A DNA stretch of 64,000 nucleotides from an uncultured virus (IMG/VR IMGVR_UViG_3300015608_001493). Its lineage: Duplodnaviria; Heunggongvirae; Uroviricota; Caudoviricetes. Shown in pieces: positions 10,901 to 19,381 of this stretch. The stretch lies in IMG/VR virus record IMGVR_UViG_3300015608_001493. The stretch is one strand, 5' to 3'. Position 1 is the first letter of the stretch, and each line of letters begins with the position of its first letter. The notes under the pieces were generated by a model. The model ran no database searches, was not told where the DNA came from, and worked only from the letters and a program-made list of their open reading frames with translations. The translations under genes were made by a program, and so were the position numbers.

Positions 10901-13900
10901 TTTATACCCTTTAATTTGATCTTGATTGATTGACCCTGTGAGGTTAAGAACAGCAAAATAAAAATCAGGATGGATAAAAGCATCACCATCACCAATGTTA
11001 GTTGCTTCGTATGGGGAAAGAAGTTTAAACTCTTCTTTAATTTCCTCGTCAGTTTGAGTAACTCCTATCGCTTGATTATATTGTTTTTTAGACTCTAAAT
11101 ATCCTTGTTGTAGTTGTCCTGACTTGAAATAAGCAGATTCTTTAACATCATCTTTTATAGTAGCGCTTCTATATTTGTTAGATACCTGAAAGGGTTTTCC
11201 AAGTATCTTAGAGAAAGATGTTTTTTCTAATTGGTTGTTAACCCAGTTTGTAAGTGAAACAGATGTACTTATAGGTGTCCCTGTGGATTGGACACTTTTT
11301 GCACGTTTGAAATATTTCCAACCCTGAGAGATATCCCCTTGAAACAGGATTGTTTCCTCCACGTGAAGAGTCATAGCATTAAGATCAAACCATGCTTGTC
11401 TTACATCTTTATAGCGAGCATAATCCTTGGAGAGGTCTGTTTCCTTTCCAAGAACTTTAAGAGCCTCTTCACCACCCATAAGACTAAAATAATATTTGTA
11501 GTCTTTGAGTCTTTCATCAAAAAACTCAGAAAGAGATTTAAGTATAGCAGATTCGTGTAATGAGGTCCCGTCTTTGATAATGTTTTCTTTTAATTCATTG
11601 GATAGGATGTTTCCAAAAAGACCAAATGTTTTACCTCCTTTACGAATACGCGCTAATTCTCCGTTTAGATAATCGAGCCAAACCCTCCCTATATAAGAAT
11701 CAGATGTTACATTATATTTTCCGTCACTAAATATTTGCTCAATGTCTGTAATTGAAAAAGGTGTGTTTTGTTGATAGTTTTTGTTCCATGTCTGAAACCT
11801 AAACCCATAACAAGTAGTAGCGGTTTCAGCACGAGTATTTTCGATTATACCACCTTTCATCATAGTGATATAGTTGAACAAAAACCACTCACCCTCTCCA
11901 AGGTCTGTTGTCAGTTTACCTTTTGATTGTGAACCTCGGGAAACTTCTTTTTTACCACTCAGTGTATCTACCATTAACTTGTTTGAAGTTCGTTTGTTAC
12001 CTTCAAACATTAAAGACTTTGAAATAGAATACTCAAACATGTCGTTCTTGGTACGAGTTACCTTTTCTTGTAACTCTTCAAGAGTTTGACTGTCATTATA
12101 ATATTTACGATCTTTAAGAATCGAGTTGAAAAGAGAAAGAACACTTTGGTTTTCACCCTCTGCGTTTTTAACCATCATTGAGGTAGTGATAGGTTTAATG
12201 GTATCTTCTCTTTTTACTATTTTTTTAAACTTAGCGTTTAAACCTGCGATTTCGGTACTTCCTGAGTATTGATCCGTAGAAATAAAATCTGCAATCTGAA
12301 TATCAATATTTTCAAAGTTTGAAAGAAACTTAAAAAGACTAACCTTAAAGTCTAAGTAGGTTTCATCTTTACTGTTTTTATCCTTCCAGATTGTCTCGTT
12401 GTCAAACGAGAAACCTAACTCTTGAATTACTAAATCTCCAAGTGAACCCTCTGCCTTGGATATATCTAACTCACCGTCCTCTCTAAAAAGGTTCTTTTTG
12501 GATTCAAAATATTTCTTGACATTAAACTTACCTGTTTCAGAGTTGTAAAACTTTCCTATTTCCCCAGTAAGGTTGTTGAGAAAGTTTGTATTATAAATAT
12601 TCTTTGCGGTTGGGAAAATGTCTTTTCCCTCATCTATTAAGTGATAACCGTTATCATCTACAAGAACTACATAAATACCTACTCTGGCTCGTTTAAAAGA
12701 AGACTCAATTTTTTGTTTAACTTCTGCATCAAACGAGTTTTTAATATCACTTTTTAAACGATCAACAAACACATACGCTTCTGGAAGAACTTTCAAAAGA
12801 GTAGGGTCAGTTTCTAACTTTTGAATCATTTCCTCAAAAGAAAGAGAACCTTGAAGTTTATCTGCCAGAGTATTCCAGGTGTAATAATAATCATTAAGTT
12901 GAATCCGCCCCAACGAGTTTGTTGCAAACTTGATATAGTTTTCAGAGTTAGGAACAGGAATAAAATAAGAAGATTGTGTAGGGTTATCTTTTAAGAACTC
13001 TTCTTTTTGCTCTTTGGTATAAAGTTTGGCATTGTTACCTACTCGCTCAACCGAAGGAATCATTTTAACAAAGATTCTTGCTATTTTATCCGCAGCATCA
13101 ATGGAAGATATTTCCATTCCTGTTCTTTCAAAGAACTTGTCATTTACAACATCTTCCCCGTCAGTAATTTCTTTTTCTGCGGTTAATCTTTCATTTTCTG
13201 TTTCCTCAATCTCATCAACAGGTTCAATGGTTTTTTCATCTGGTTTTATCTTAGAGGGTCGTACCTTAGCAAACTCAGTGTTTTCAATCCAGTAATCTTC
13301 AAAAAAGTCTTGGGCAACAATAGTATAAAACAGTTCTTCGTTTGGTGTAAACGAGTCCTTTAAATCTGTTTCATCCTTATAGTTGTTATGGAGATGTCGA
13401 TATACTTGAATAAAGTTTAACTCTCCGGTAATAAAAGCATTAAACAACCCATTATTAAAAATATAGGATGCTAAATCTGCATCCACTGATTGAATTAAAG
13501 ATTTGAGAAACCCTTTATCTATTTGATTCTTAGAGACAAACTCGTTAAGAGAAGCCTCATCATAACCCAAGGTTAAAGGCTCAACCGTCTTTTTCTTAAA
13601 CCCAAACTTTCCAGTCTGTGGTTTTTCTTGTGTCGGTTCCTTTGTAGAAATTGCAACGATCTTTGTGATCAACTCATCATAAACTGAATCTGTTCTTGAT
13701 ACACCAAGGATTTTTTCTACAATCTCTTTAAGTGTATCAATGATAGATTCAAACAGAGACTTATCTTTAACCTTAATAGATTTAAGTTGTGCTGCTATAT
13801 CAGGGTTGGCTACACTTGCTAAAATTTCATACGGGTTCCTGTAATATTCAGCAATTGTCTCAGGGAGTTGTTCAATTAATTTATTAAGCCTCTGAACTAA

Positions 13901-15736
13901 TGGATCACCTTGATTTTCTTGAATCCAATCTTTTGTAAACACATGAATAGCCTCATGTGCAAGAATTGAACTCATCATAGTGGGGTCTGTGATAAACGCG
14001 TAGTTTATCTCAATTGTGTTACCTACTACACCCCCTTTGAAATCTTTTGACCTGTTATCTACAAACTTGATTTTTTTACCTTTCAGATGTTTAGCGCTTT
14101 TTTCATTCTGCGCTAAGAATTGAACAAGTCTCAAACTTTCTCTAACTGAACCGTCTACCTGGTTTGACAACGCAGATAAATCTTCAAGTATTGAAGAAAG
14201 TTCTATCTCCTCATTTGGAACAATTTCGATTGACCCTATTTTTGGGTTTTCAATTTGTTTTCCAACTTCTTCAAGTTTAACACTTTCTCTCGACTTGACA
14301 TCAAAGAGAAAAGATTTGGCTGAAAAGAAATAAGGTTTCCCTCCAACTTTCACTTGTCGAGAAGGAGTAGTATGATGCTCTAAATAAAAGTTTTCCCATT
14401 CTTTTGCAGAAAGAAGCCTATTTTCAACCTTTTTATCTTTAATGTAGAACGCGGTACCTCCTTGATTGAGGTAAAAGGAATCCACATTAATTCGAGCATA
14501 GTCTAACAAATCACTTATTTCGGAGTCTGGAACTTGTTCAGATTTAACTCGAATAATCTTATCACCCTCTCTTTTAGAGTGTCGATAGGCTATAATCTTG
14601 TTTCCTCTTGAATAAAATGTTACATCACCTCCTTTGAACGAAAGAAGGTTATTTAAGAACACAACAACTTCTTCTTGGTTTCTGTCATAAGTATGGTTGA
14701 GTAAATCTGTTACTAACTTCTTCCACTGAGGGTTTAATGGAGTTCTGTTTGTTGGAATTTTTTCTCCATCTAAGCGAAGAAATAAGTTACCTGCATAAAA
14801 CACTCGATCTGTATCAGATGCAATTTGAGCAAAACCTTCTCGTCCTTGTAAAAACGTTTTGAGGGAAATAGGACTACCTGTTGGAAACTCTTGCCAAAAA
14901 CCTTTAACTTTAAAATAATCAGAAGGAGATTCCAATGCTTGTCCTCTAATACGAGTGATTTCTGCAATCACCTCTGCGTTTACAGGGTTTTCACGCAACT
15001 GGTATTTAGGGTCACTAAAATCTGGAACTGTTAAAGTGAACAGTTTACTTTTATTCCATCCTATTTTAATTGCCTCTCTTTCATCGGTAGTAATTTCTGC
15101 CTTCCCGGTAGGTTCTTTATCGTAAGATTTGACATAGACCCTTTTGAAGTCATTTCCCACCTTTTCGTAAAGAACACCAATAACCCCAAACTTTTTAAAT
15201 ATAGAGGGGTCAATGTTTTGTACGTTTTCTGCGTTATCAGGTTCAAGTCTGACAAAAAACTCTCGTTCAGGTTGAATATCAAGAATTTCTTCTACTGCTT
15301 TACCTACCTGGTTTTTAATCTGTGCAACCTCTTCTTCACCTTGTAAAACGTCATCAGTACCTTTTTCATATATCTTAGTGAGAGTATAGAGATAAGGAGG
15401 ATGATCTAATGCAGATTGAAACTGTTGAAAATCACCTTCATTAGTTACAGATGTTTCACCAGATTGATCTTCTACTTTTAATTCAATTTCTGGAAGACTT
15501 GCAGTAAGTGAAACAGAAATTAAATCGTCTATTGTTTCAAAAACAATATCGCTAAAAGCAGGAATTTTGTAGCCTTCCTCTGTTTCTACTAACTCTGTGA
15601 TTTTCCCTGATAAAGGAATAACCCCGGAGGTAATACCTAATTGAAAACTGTTTCGAAACTCTGAATAAGAGTCAAACTCGTTTTTACCCAGAAAATTGCT
15701 GAGTACAATATCATTTATTTTTAATTTACACTTCAT
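5000..15736 (-). CDS. Virion-packaged RNA polymerase polyprotein (zincin domain + crAss-type RNAP + SF1B helicase + SLOG/cpYpsA-like + ASCH-like domains)
   Basis: 3578 aa. HEAIH zincin motif (~13950); YRIPTQG and GTDYDYDKL catalytic DxDxD (~9590); helicase motifs GKAGTGKTT, DEASMV, GDIGQLPP, HKSQGSTY and YVGLTRAR; C-terminal YxxRTxxN / LNIAGNG / TGGQTG motifs. Confidence 0.9.
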   Translation of the reverse strand: MKCKLKINDIVLSNFLGKNEFDSYSEFRNSFQLGITSGVIPLSGKITELVETEEGYKIPAFSDIVFETIDDLISVSLTASLPEIELKVEDQSGETSVTNEGDFQQFQSALDHPPYLYTLTKIYEKGTDDVLQGEEEVAQIKNQVGKAVEEILDIQPEREFFVRLEPDNAENVQNIDPSIFKKFGVIGVLYEKVGNDFKRVYVKSYDKEPTGKAEITTDEREAIKIGWNKSKLFTLTVPDFSDPKYQLRENPVNAEVIAEITRIRGQALESPSDYFKVKGFWQEFPTGSPISLKTFLQGREGFAQIASDTDRVFYAGNLFLRLDGEKIPTNRTPLNPQWKKLVTDLLNHTYDRNQEEVVVFLNNLLSFKGGDVTFYSRGNKIIAYRHSKREGDKIIRVKSEQVPDSEISDLLDYARINVDSFYLNQGGTAFYIKDKKVENRLLSAKEWENFYLEHHTTPSRQVKVGGKPYFFSAKSFLFDVKSRESVKLEEVGKQIENPKIGSIEIVPNEEIELSSILEDLSALSNQVDGSVRESLRLVQFLAQNEKSAKHLKGKKIKFVDNRSKDFKGGVVGNTIEINYAFITDPTMMSSILAHEAIHVFTKDWIQENQGDPLVQRLNKLIEQLPETIAEYYRNPYEILASVANPDIAAQLKSIKVKDKSLFESIIDTLKEIVEKILGVSRTDSVYDELITKIVAISTKEPTQEKPQTGKFGFKKKTVEPLTLGYDEASLNEFVSKNQIDKGFLKSLIQSVDADLASYIFNNGLFNAFITGELNFIQVYRHLHNNYKDETDLKDSFTPNEELFYTIVAQDFFEDYWIENTEFAKVRPSKIKPDEKTIEPVDEIEETENERLTAEKEITDGEDVVNDKFFERTGMEISSIDAADKIARIFVKMIPSVERVGNNAKLYTKEQKEEFLKDNPTQSSYFIPVPNSENYIKFATNSLGRIQLNDYYYTWNTLADKLQGSLSFEEMIQKLETDPTLLKVLPEAYVFVDRLKSDIKNSFDAEVKQKIESSFKRARVGIYVVLVDDNGYHLIDEGKDIFPTAKNIYNTNFLNNLTGEIGKFYNSETGKFNVKKYFESKKNLFREDGELDISKAEGSLGDLVIQELGFSFDNETIWKDKNSKDETYLDFKVSLFKFLSNFENIDIQIADFISTDQYSGSTEIAGLNAKFKKIVKREDTIKPITTSMMVKNAEGENQSVLSLFNSILKDRKYYNDSQTLEELQEKVTRTKNDMFEYSISKSLMFEGNKRTSNKLMVDTLSGKKEVSRGSQSKGKLTTDLGEGEWFLFNYITMMKGGIIENTRAETATTCYGFRFQTWNKNYQQNTPFSITDIEQIFSDGKYNVTSDSYIGRVWLDYLNGELARIRKGGKTFGLFGNILSNELKENIIKDGTSLHESAILKSLSEFFDERLKDYKYYFSLMGGEEALKVLGKETDLSKDYARYKDVRQAWFDLNAMTLHVEETILFQGDISQGWKYFKRAKSVQSTGTPISTSVSLTNWVNNQLEKTSFSKILGKPFQVSNKYRSATIKDDVKESAYFKSGQLQQGYLESKKQYNQAIGVTQTDEEIKEEFKLLSPYEATNIGDGDAFIHPDFYFAVLNLTGSINQDQIKGYKALVYDMRKNALDYFSKEEIQEFGIVRELTEEEEKIRVEGLKLIEKGKVVFPKLKYTQRGPGFKNGETGPVVSEVMDKFALTPLFPQFTKGKPVAKALLKTMMVENIGYTKFESGTKIANFGISDFISKVENGEVQVSLEDSAHELKVEYLAEQIKTPNKVKEKNTFGSQFRKLVQSGLSLVGLDPLIEEWEKANQEFSNLTKQEVLKEFGIVDNQGVLDYSKMNLETVADILLKESKRRDLPENLTVFFDKFKQGKLTEGERQNYYKYFEASLGNQQIQNLLASIVKKIAVQKLSGAQLIQVSSSIFDRKLANKNGKTRELGFYHFKDGKVQAAECKVSMIGDFKNLLNLPEVSDRLEVNGKEDNILNRTEALNQLLLKDEFVEKFKDQLTIVGYRIPTQGLNSMEVMVVREFLPSFYGPTLVCPPEITTQSGTDYDYDKLSVIFPSISEEGQLSENGVKGVQNRMIRASKEILLHPINYYKLITPNSPDYIFNKVKPVLKDLNIQYEEPKGTMVVTLKGNFSKFRTLKSKNLLGVAAVWNTFYSLMQRHKWRVNGTYGILDFKGATLTTSKINPVLLDEKERSKRFVDGQFNVALPNTADGTPKSEVISQLINVTVDMPSDDTFGQTNFDISDFAASIYASSVLGYDYDSILKLWHQPIIYQYKRKVDDLVKQGRKPWMAKLQITSDLLGVEIPIQIRGGFPVPNYSEFEKQLYQEDGILDRFENQLKLESPKFDIQKVMEEPVTNQQRAAFAHYLKLLSQANAIRVTQSALNFDTSPDNNMMKVQEREENYLKAIRIKIVDRAQIDEVKTNSVISGLYTSDILKNIIKRIFPILYSDNNLNFFGQASSNYRDQETAYRLLTSDFLLAVVQSFGTHNGLIFNQAIEFLQGDKSLNLTKEARRIKTKLKKEGLNLRLLDILIVNISKHRPDRVFNQQIFLGFENSPDDKNKITEEFRTLLSREDTKAFAENLALVGLIQSGWSKSNIYFSDLIPEEFVTPIITEALDNYTKLTPNQRKRFRALFYEHFKSYRKDSLTSEKKNNSESYRLMDYTKNLDFIYQVEEPQDDTQDVEFEDSDLSNPLNIVLNKEQQNAIDQAIEFIETGNANDFYIIEGKAGTGKTTIAEKIVKAFPGKTTVVAALSHKATKVIEDKFKQSGVRAKFYTLASLFGESLDLETGQFTDKKNLVSAPPVTKADIILIDEASMVNEEILEKLFDKKPKGAKVIFLGDIGQLPPIRTVENPYFKNRQHLFEKKSPVFDTSNKSRLVTRVRQGEANPILPFADFFWENSQKLNPSENPVPNENRVNQITPNGNLIFINAFADVQDFLISEFFKAIKEKNPNHVKVVTYRNNTRQFINNTVHHAIFGPDANPFEEGELIIFNDSFGEIENATEAQVVTVSPADKDQNGIQYVDLEIVYDNRLTTISVVLESDKKKFNDIVSEKFKVAFAAKGTVAYSRLLQEAWAYKQAFANIDYGYAITSHKSQGSTYNIVVVDEKDILSVGPITAKEKSESIYVGLTRARNTAIVISGTPVETQSINFEDVTNQVPLLESGSLPQQTVIKTLGQLPRQQSYENGGFMNDPESNYYGNQIVVLEDNGDFLFVWDKEEGDRYSIPKKYFSKLNPLIVSNNIQFQEEQSTGYKERTIKNASADATLALAIDFETAGEKLTKSSVQSQGKKYMPINANNFEITQERIDKIVDTLNSIGKEDSSVADIPQNLVSGIEVFGTKQEANAEAKKILGNTPHSIDMIEAGIRTRTTRSVGEMEKYNIKVGDIVKQFGKSADGTTKQILTRVTAIHPKGTPGFLGTWNKEGWTQEGIKAIERYKDGAAAIEFEIVTKQELKEISLNIAGNGIYTMKGKYTQQQVDEFTYQLLKAVIESPKLKVKINSIRTGGQTGFDEAGAKAGIKLGIPTTILAPKGWTFRNKEGQDISDETLFKARFGEKSKGSSQLSLFGYDEQSKRCIGF

Positions 15737-15746
15737 TCTAAATAGT

Positions 15747-16157
15747 TTATACTACAAGAAGACAATAATCTTTTTCAAACTTAATAGGAAGATACAACTC
15801 CTCACCAAAAAAGAAGGAGAGTAGTTTACCTTCCCATTGTCCTAGTTGAATAGATTCGATTTTGTGACCTAAGTGGTATCGTGATAAACTTTCGTTTTTT
15901 TTAAGGTCTTTTGCACTTTTAGTTTCTCCGTTTACTAAAATCTTTGAACTTGGTTTAAGAAAAGTAGTACACGTTTCTGTTTCAACTTCAAGCAGTGGAC
16001 CTTTATAATTATAAGAACTGAGAACTTTTGGGATAATATAAGAGTGATCTAGGTTCTTATTTAAAATCATGATAGGGTTTCTTTTTTTATACTGTGTTAG
16101 TTCCATCCAACCTTCGGTTGTTAAAACTTCTAAAAAATCTGGTATAAAGTTGTTCAT
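15747..16157 (-). CDS. Stand-alone Hint (intein)-fold protein lacking catalytic residues
   Basis: FIPDFLEVLTTEGW resembles intein block A; YNYKGPLL, KSAKDL and KIESIQ..WEGKLL resemble Hint strands; no Cys1/Ser1, TxxH or terminal HN. Confidence 0.6.
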   Translation of the reverse strand: MNNFIPDFLEVLTTEGWMELTQYKKRNPIMILNKNLDHSYIIPKVLSSYNYKGPLLEVETETCTTFLKPSSKILVNGETKSAKDLKKNESLSRYHLGHKIESIQLGQWEGKLLSFFFGEELYLPIKFEKDYCLLVV

Positions 16158-19100
16158 TTGCAGTCTAATTCAAATGTATTATTTTCTATTTTAGAAACAA
16201 AGATATCTAATAATTTATCATTGATATAATCTTGACCTATAAAAACTTTTATGTTTGACTCTACACTGTTTTCTATAACAGGTTCTATTGTCAATGGTCT
16301 TTCATCATTTCTTAGAACTTGTTTAAAGTTATCCTTTAAATAAGAGGGTAATCTTTCAGCCGAAGAAAAACGGCTTTTTGTTTGATCAGTGATTCTACCG
16401 TTCCAAAAAGTACGTTTAATTAACCAACCATTTTCCATTGTATAGATAAAGTTGGCTGTATCCAAGGTGTCTTTTGATCTTATCCAAACAGTGTTTTCTG
16501 ATTGAAATACTTGCTCAGGGGTGAACTCATCTCCCAAAGAAAGACTCGGTACTACCTCTTGTTTAACCTCAGTTGTAGGTTCCGAGGGAGCAAGATATTC
16601 TTCAACAGGATCAGGTTCAATGTTTTCATTAATTTTAGATACTTCATCGGTCTCCAGACGGTTACTGGTTTCTCCAAACTCATAAAGAGGTGTTGTACCT
16701 TTAATCACCCATCTCCCTTGTTCTTTGGTAACTACATAGTTACCAGTCGGACTTTTAACAATAAGTGAGTCTTTTGTAACCGCGATTACGGTAAATGGTT
16801 TTTTCCTGATGTAAATTGTATCATCAATTTTATATTCTTCAACCCATTTATTAGGATCAACAGGTACCTCTGGAACTTCCTGTTTTTCAGAAGGTTTTGC
16901 TAACTCCTCAGCCGTCTGATTAAGTTCAATTAACTTCTCTGCGGTTTGGCTTTCCTCATTAAATAAATCTTTTTCCTCTTCCTTCAGGGTTTCTGCTTGT
17001 TGTTCAGTCTTTTGAAGTTCCTCTGTTTTAGTGTTTAATTCTTCTTCAAACTTAGTAAACTGTTCCTCTGACACTTCTTCTGTAAGAACCAAAGTGTTAA
17101 TAAGGTTTTGCAGTTCTTTATTCTTCGGGTCTTGTTTTAACTTTTGATACAGTTTATCCAAAACTTCATAGAATGAGGAAGATCGTTTAAGTTCTTTCTC
17201 AATTCGCTCTTTTTCTTTGCGAGTTTCAAAATCTAAGGTTTGAAACTCGCTATAATAATCTAATGTCTCTTGAAGGTTTTTAATTTGTTCTTTCTTCCAT
17301 CTTGAATATTGAAACAAACCTTTAGGGTTGGCAATGGAACCTAGGAACCCTATTGCTTCATTTTTAACACCTAACGTTTTAAGTTCATTTTGATATTGAA
17401 GAGAGCGATTGTTTGTAACTCTTTGAAGTGACTGGTTATAACCAACAACCTCTTTGAACTCTGAAAACAAACTTTCTTGAAGGTTCTCCAACTCTATTTG
17501 AGTTTTATCTGAAAACGCTTCGTAGATTTTCTTGGCCAAATAAGGTTTAGAATAAGGGTTGGTAGGAAAGAACTGTTCTACGTTTTGAACATTCTGTTTG
17601 ATTTGTTCTGCCTCACTAATAAGAGAGTTGACAAAGTTAACTTTGTCAGACTCGTTTTCAAACTGAGTATCAAACGTTTGATTGAAAGAATCTAACTCAA
17701 CTGTTTTTAAATCATTAAGGCTATCTAAAAACGTTTCATATGTTCCAAACTTTAAACTATCATGAACGATACTATAAATGTTTTTATGCGCAGCAATTTC
17801 TTTCTCGGAACCCTCAAGGTTATTTAGTTCTATCGTGGATGAAAAGTTTTTAACCGTTGAGTTAAACCGATCAAGGTTAGAATTAAGATGAGAAACAAGG
17901 GAATCATATCTTGATTTATTGCTTTTTAAATTGTTTGCTGAGGCTGGTGCTCCCATTAAAAGACCAGATAATGCTCCTAAAAACGCTTCCTCATACATTT
18001 GAGGATCATTTAAAATATTTTTCGCATTACTTAACGTAAACCCTAATAAACCTTCTTTAACATTAGGGTTTAGTTTATCAACGTAATAATCGTGAAGAGA
18101 GTTGCTTATAAAATATTGGGCTGCTTCCTCACCACCTTCTGAAAGAGAATCTTTAAAGGATTCGAGCGCCCATTGTTTAAGACCTTTTTTAAAGGTATAG
18201 TTCGATGTAAGTTGAAGACCTTCCTTGGTTATCTGAGATTCTATAAAGGGAAGCGTTTTACCAAAAACAGATTTTCCATAAAGTAATGATGGAAACTGAA
18301 CAAGGTTTGAAGCCATTAATACTGGAAGGTTAAGTCCAGTGGTCCATCTTCCTGCGTTTTGTGCTTTTTGTTCAATATCTTGAAGAATATTGGGTGTAAG
18401 GACACCTCCTGTGTTTACGGTTTCTTCAAGAAGTGCTTTTTTAACATCAAGATAAGTATGATACCCTTCAATAAAAGATTCTCCCTGAGCACTTAAATAA
18501 GAGATTGCAGCAAACTTTGATCCTTTGCTTATTTGCGCTAAGGTAGGTACAGAAAGACCTTTATAGAGGTTTTTTGACACTTTTGCGGCACCAATAACCT
18601 GATCTATACCTTCTACTGTTTGTGCAGCCTTGGAAAGATTTCTAAACCCTCTAAACAGGTTAGAAGGAACTTTTCTAATCTGATTAGCCAATGCTATAAA
18701 TGTAACAGGGGTTGCTGCACCATCGGATAACAACTCAATTGCCGCATCTTCAACAAGCCCTGCGCCCAAAGAACCTATGGTAAACCCAATGTTTTTAATT
18801 ACTTTATCACCCCAAAAGTTTGCTGCACCTGTGGGAGTAATTGCTGATAAATAAGGGTGTTCTCTTTCCCATTCAGTGTAATAATTAGGAAGTTTATCTT
18901 CTATTCCGGAAAGCCAGTTTTGTACTACCGCAAACAAAGAGTCATCTTCGAACGCTTCAACAATCTTTCCAGATCGAATAAGGTCTAATGTTGCAGGAAG
19001 AGTGAGAAAATGAGAAATAAATGTGGTATCTGCGATTGCTTTTGTTTTAAGGAGAGCGTTCCAAAGTTGTTCACCTGCTCCTTGATACCTACCGTAAATA

Positions 19101-19381
19101 TCTTCAGTATCTGTTCCGAGTGTGGTATAAGGTGTAAACTGAAGGTTAGGGTTGCTATATCTTTCTTCTTGTTTTTGAGTATATGAATAAGCAGGACTGT
19201 TATCAGGTAGAGCCGATATTCGCTGACTAATAAAATCCAAAGGAGACACCTTTGTTTCAGACCTTAAATCAGCAGGTACGTTTCCCAATAATGACGGTGT
19301 TCCTAAATTAGGAACAGTTGGGTTTACTACTGGTGTTGTAGGTTCCAGCCTTGTACTTATAAAATCAAATATATCTGGCAT
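16154..19381 (-). CDS. Virion cargo (ejection) protein with membrane-type segments
   Basis: 1075 aa; hydrophobic Gly/Ala-rich helices (GFTIGSLGAG, FLGALSGLLMG) and an EGGEEAAQY motif; located in the cargo cluster next to the RNAP gene. Confidence 0.7.
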   Translation of the reverse strand: MPDIFDFISTRLEPTTPVVNPTVPNLGTPSLLGNVPADLRSETKVSPLDFISQRISALPDNSPAYSYTQKQEERYSNPNLQFTPYTTLGTDTEDIYGRYQGAGEQLWNALLKTKAIADTTFISHFLTLPATLDLIRSGKIVEAFEDDSLFAVVQNWLSGIEDKLPNYYTEWEREHPYLSAITPTGAANFWGDKVIKNIGFTIGSLGAGLVEDAAIELLSDGAATPVTFIALANQIRKVPSNLFRGFRNLSKAAQTVEGIDQVIGAAKVSKNLYKGLSVPTLAQISKGSKFAAISYLSAQGESFIEGYHTYLDVKKALLEETVNTGGVLTPNILQDIEQKAQNAGRWTTGLNLPVLMASNLVQFPSLLYGKSVFGKTLPFIESQITKEGLQLTSNYTFKKGLKQWALESFKDSLSEGGEEAAQYFISNSLHDYYVDKLNPNVKEGLLGFTLSNAKNILNDPQMYEEAFLGALSGLLMGAPASANNLKSNKSRYDSLVSHLNSNLDRFNSTVKNFSSTIELNNLEGSEKEIAAHKNIYSIVHDSLKFGTYETFLDSLNDLKTVELDSFNQTFDTQFENESDKVNFVNSLISEAEQIKQNVQNVEQFFPTNPYSKPYLAKKIYEAFSDKTQIELENLQESLFSEFKEVVGYNQSLQRVTNNRSLQYQNELKTLGVKNEAIGFLGSIANPKGLFQYSRWKKEQIKNLQETLDYYSEFQTLDFETRKEKERIEKELKRSSSFYEVLDKLYQKLKQDPKNKELQNLINTLVLTEEVSEEQFTKFEEELNTKTEELQKTEQQAETLKEEEKDLFNEESQTAEKLIELNQTAEELAKPSEKQEVPEVPVDPNKWVEEYKIDDTIYIRKKPFTVIAVTKDSLIVKSPTGNYVVTKEQGRWVIKGTTPLYEFGETSNRLETDEVSKINENIEPDPVEEYLAPSEPTTEVKQEVVPSLSLGDEFTPEQVFQSENTVWIRSKDTLDTANFIYTMENGWLIKRTFWNGRITDQTKSRFSSAERLPSYLKDNFKQVLRNDERPLTIEPVIENSVESNIKVFIGQDYINDKLLDIFVSKIENNTFELDCK

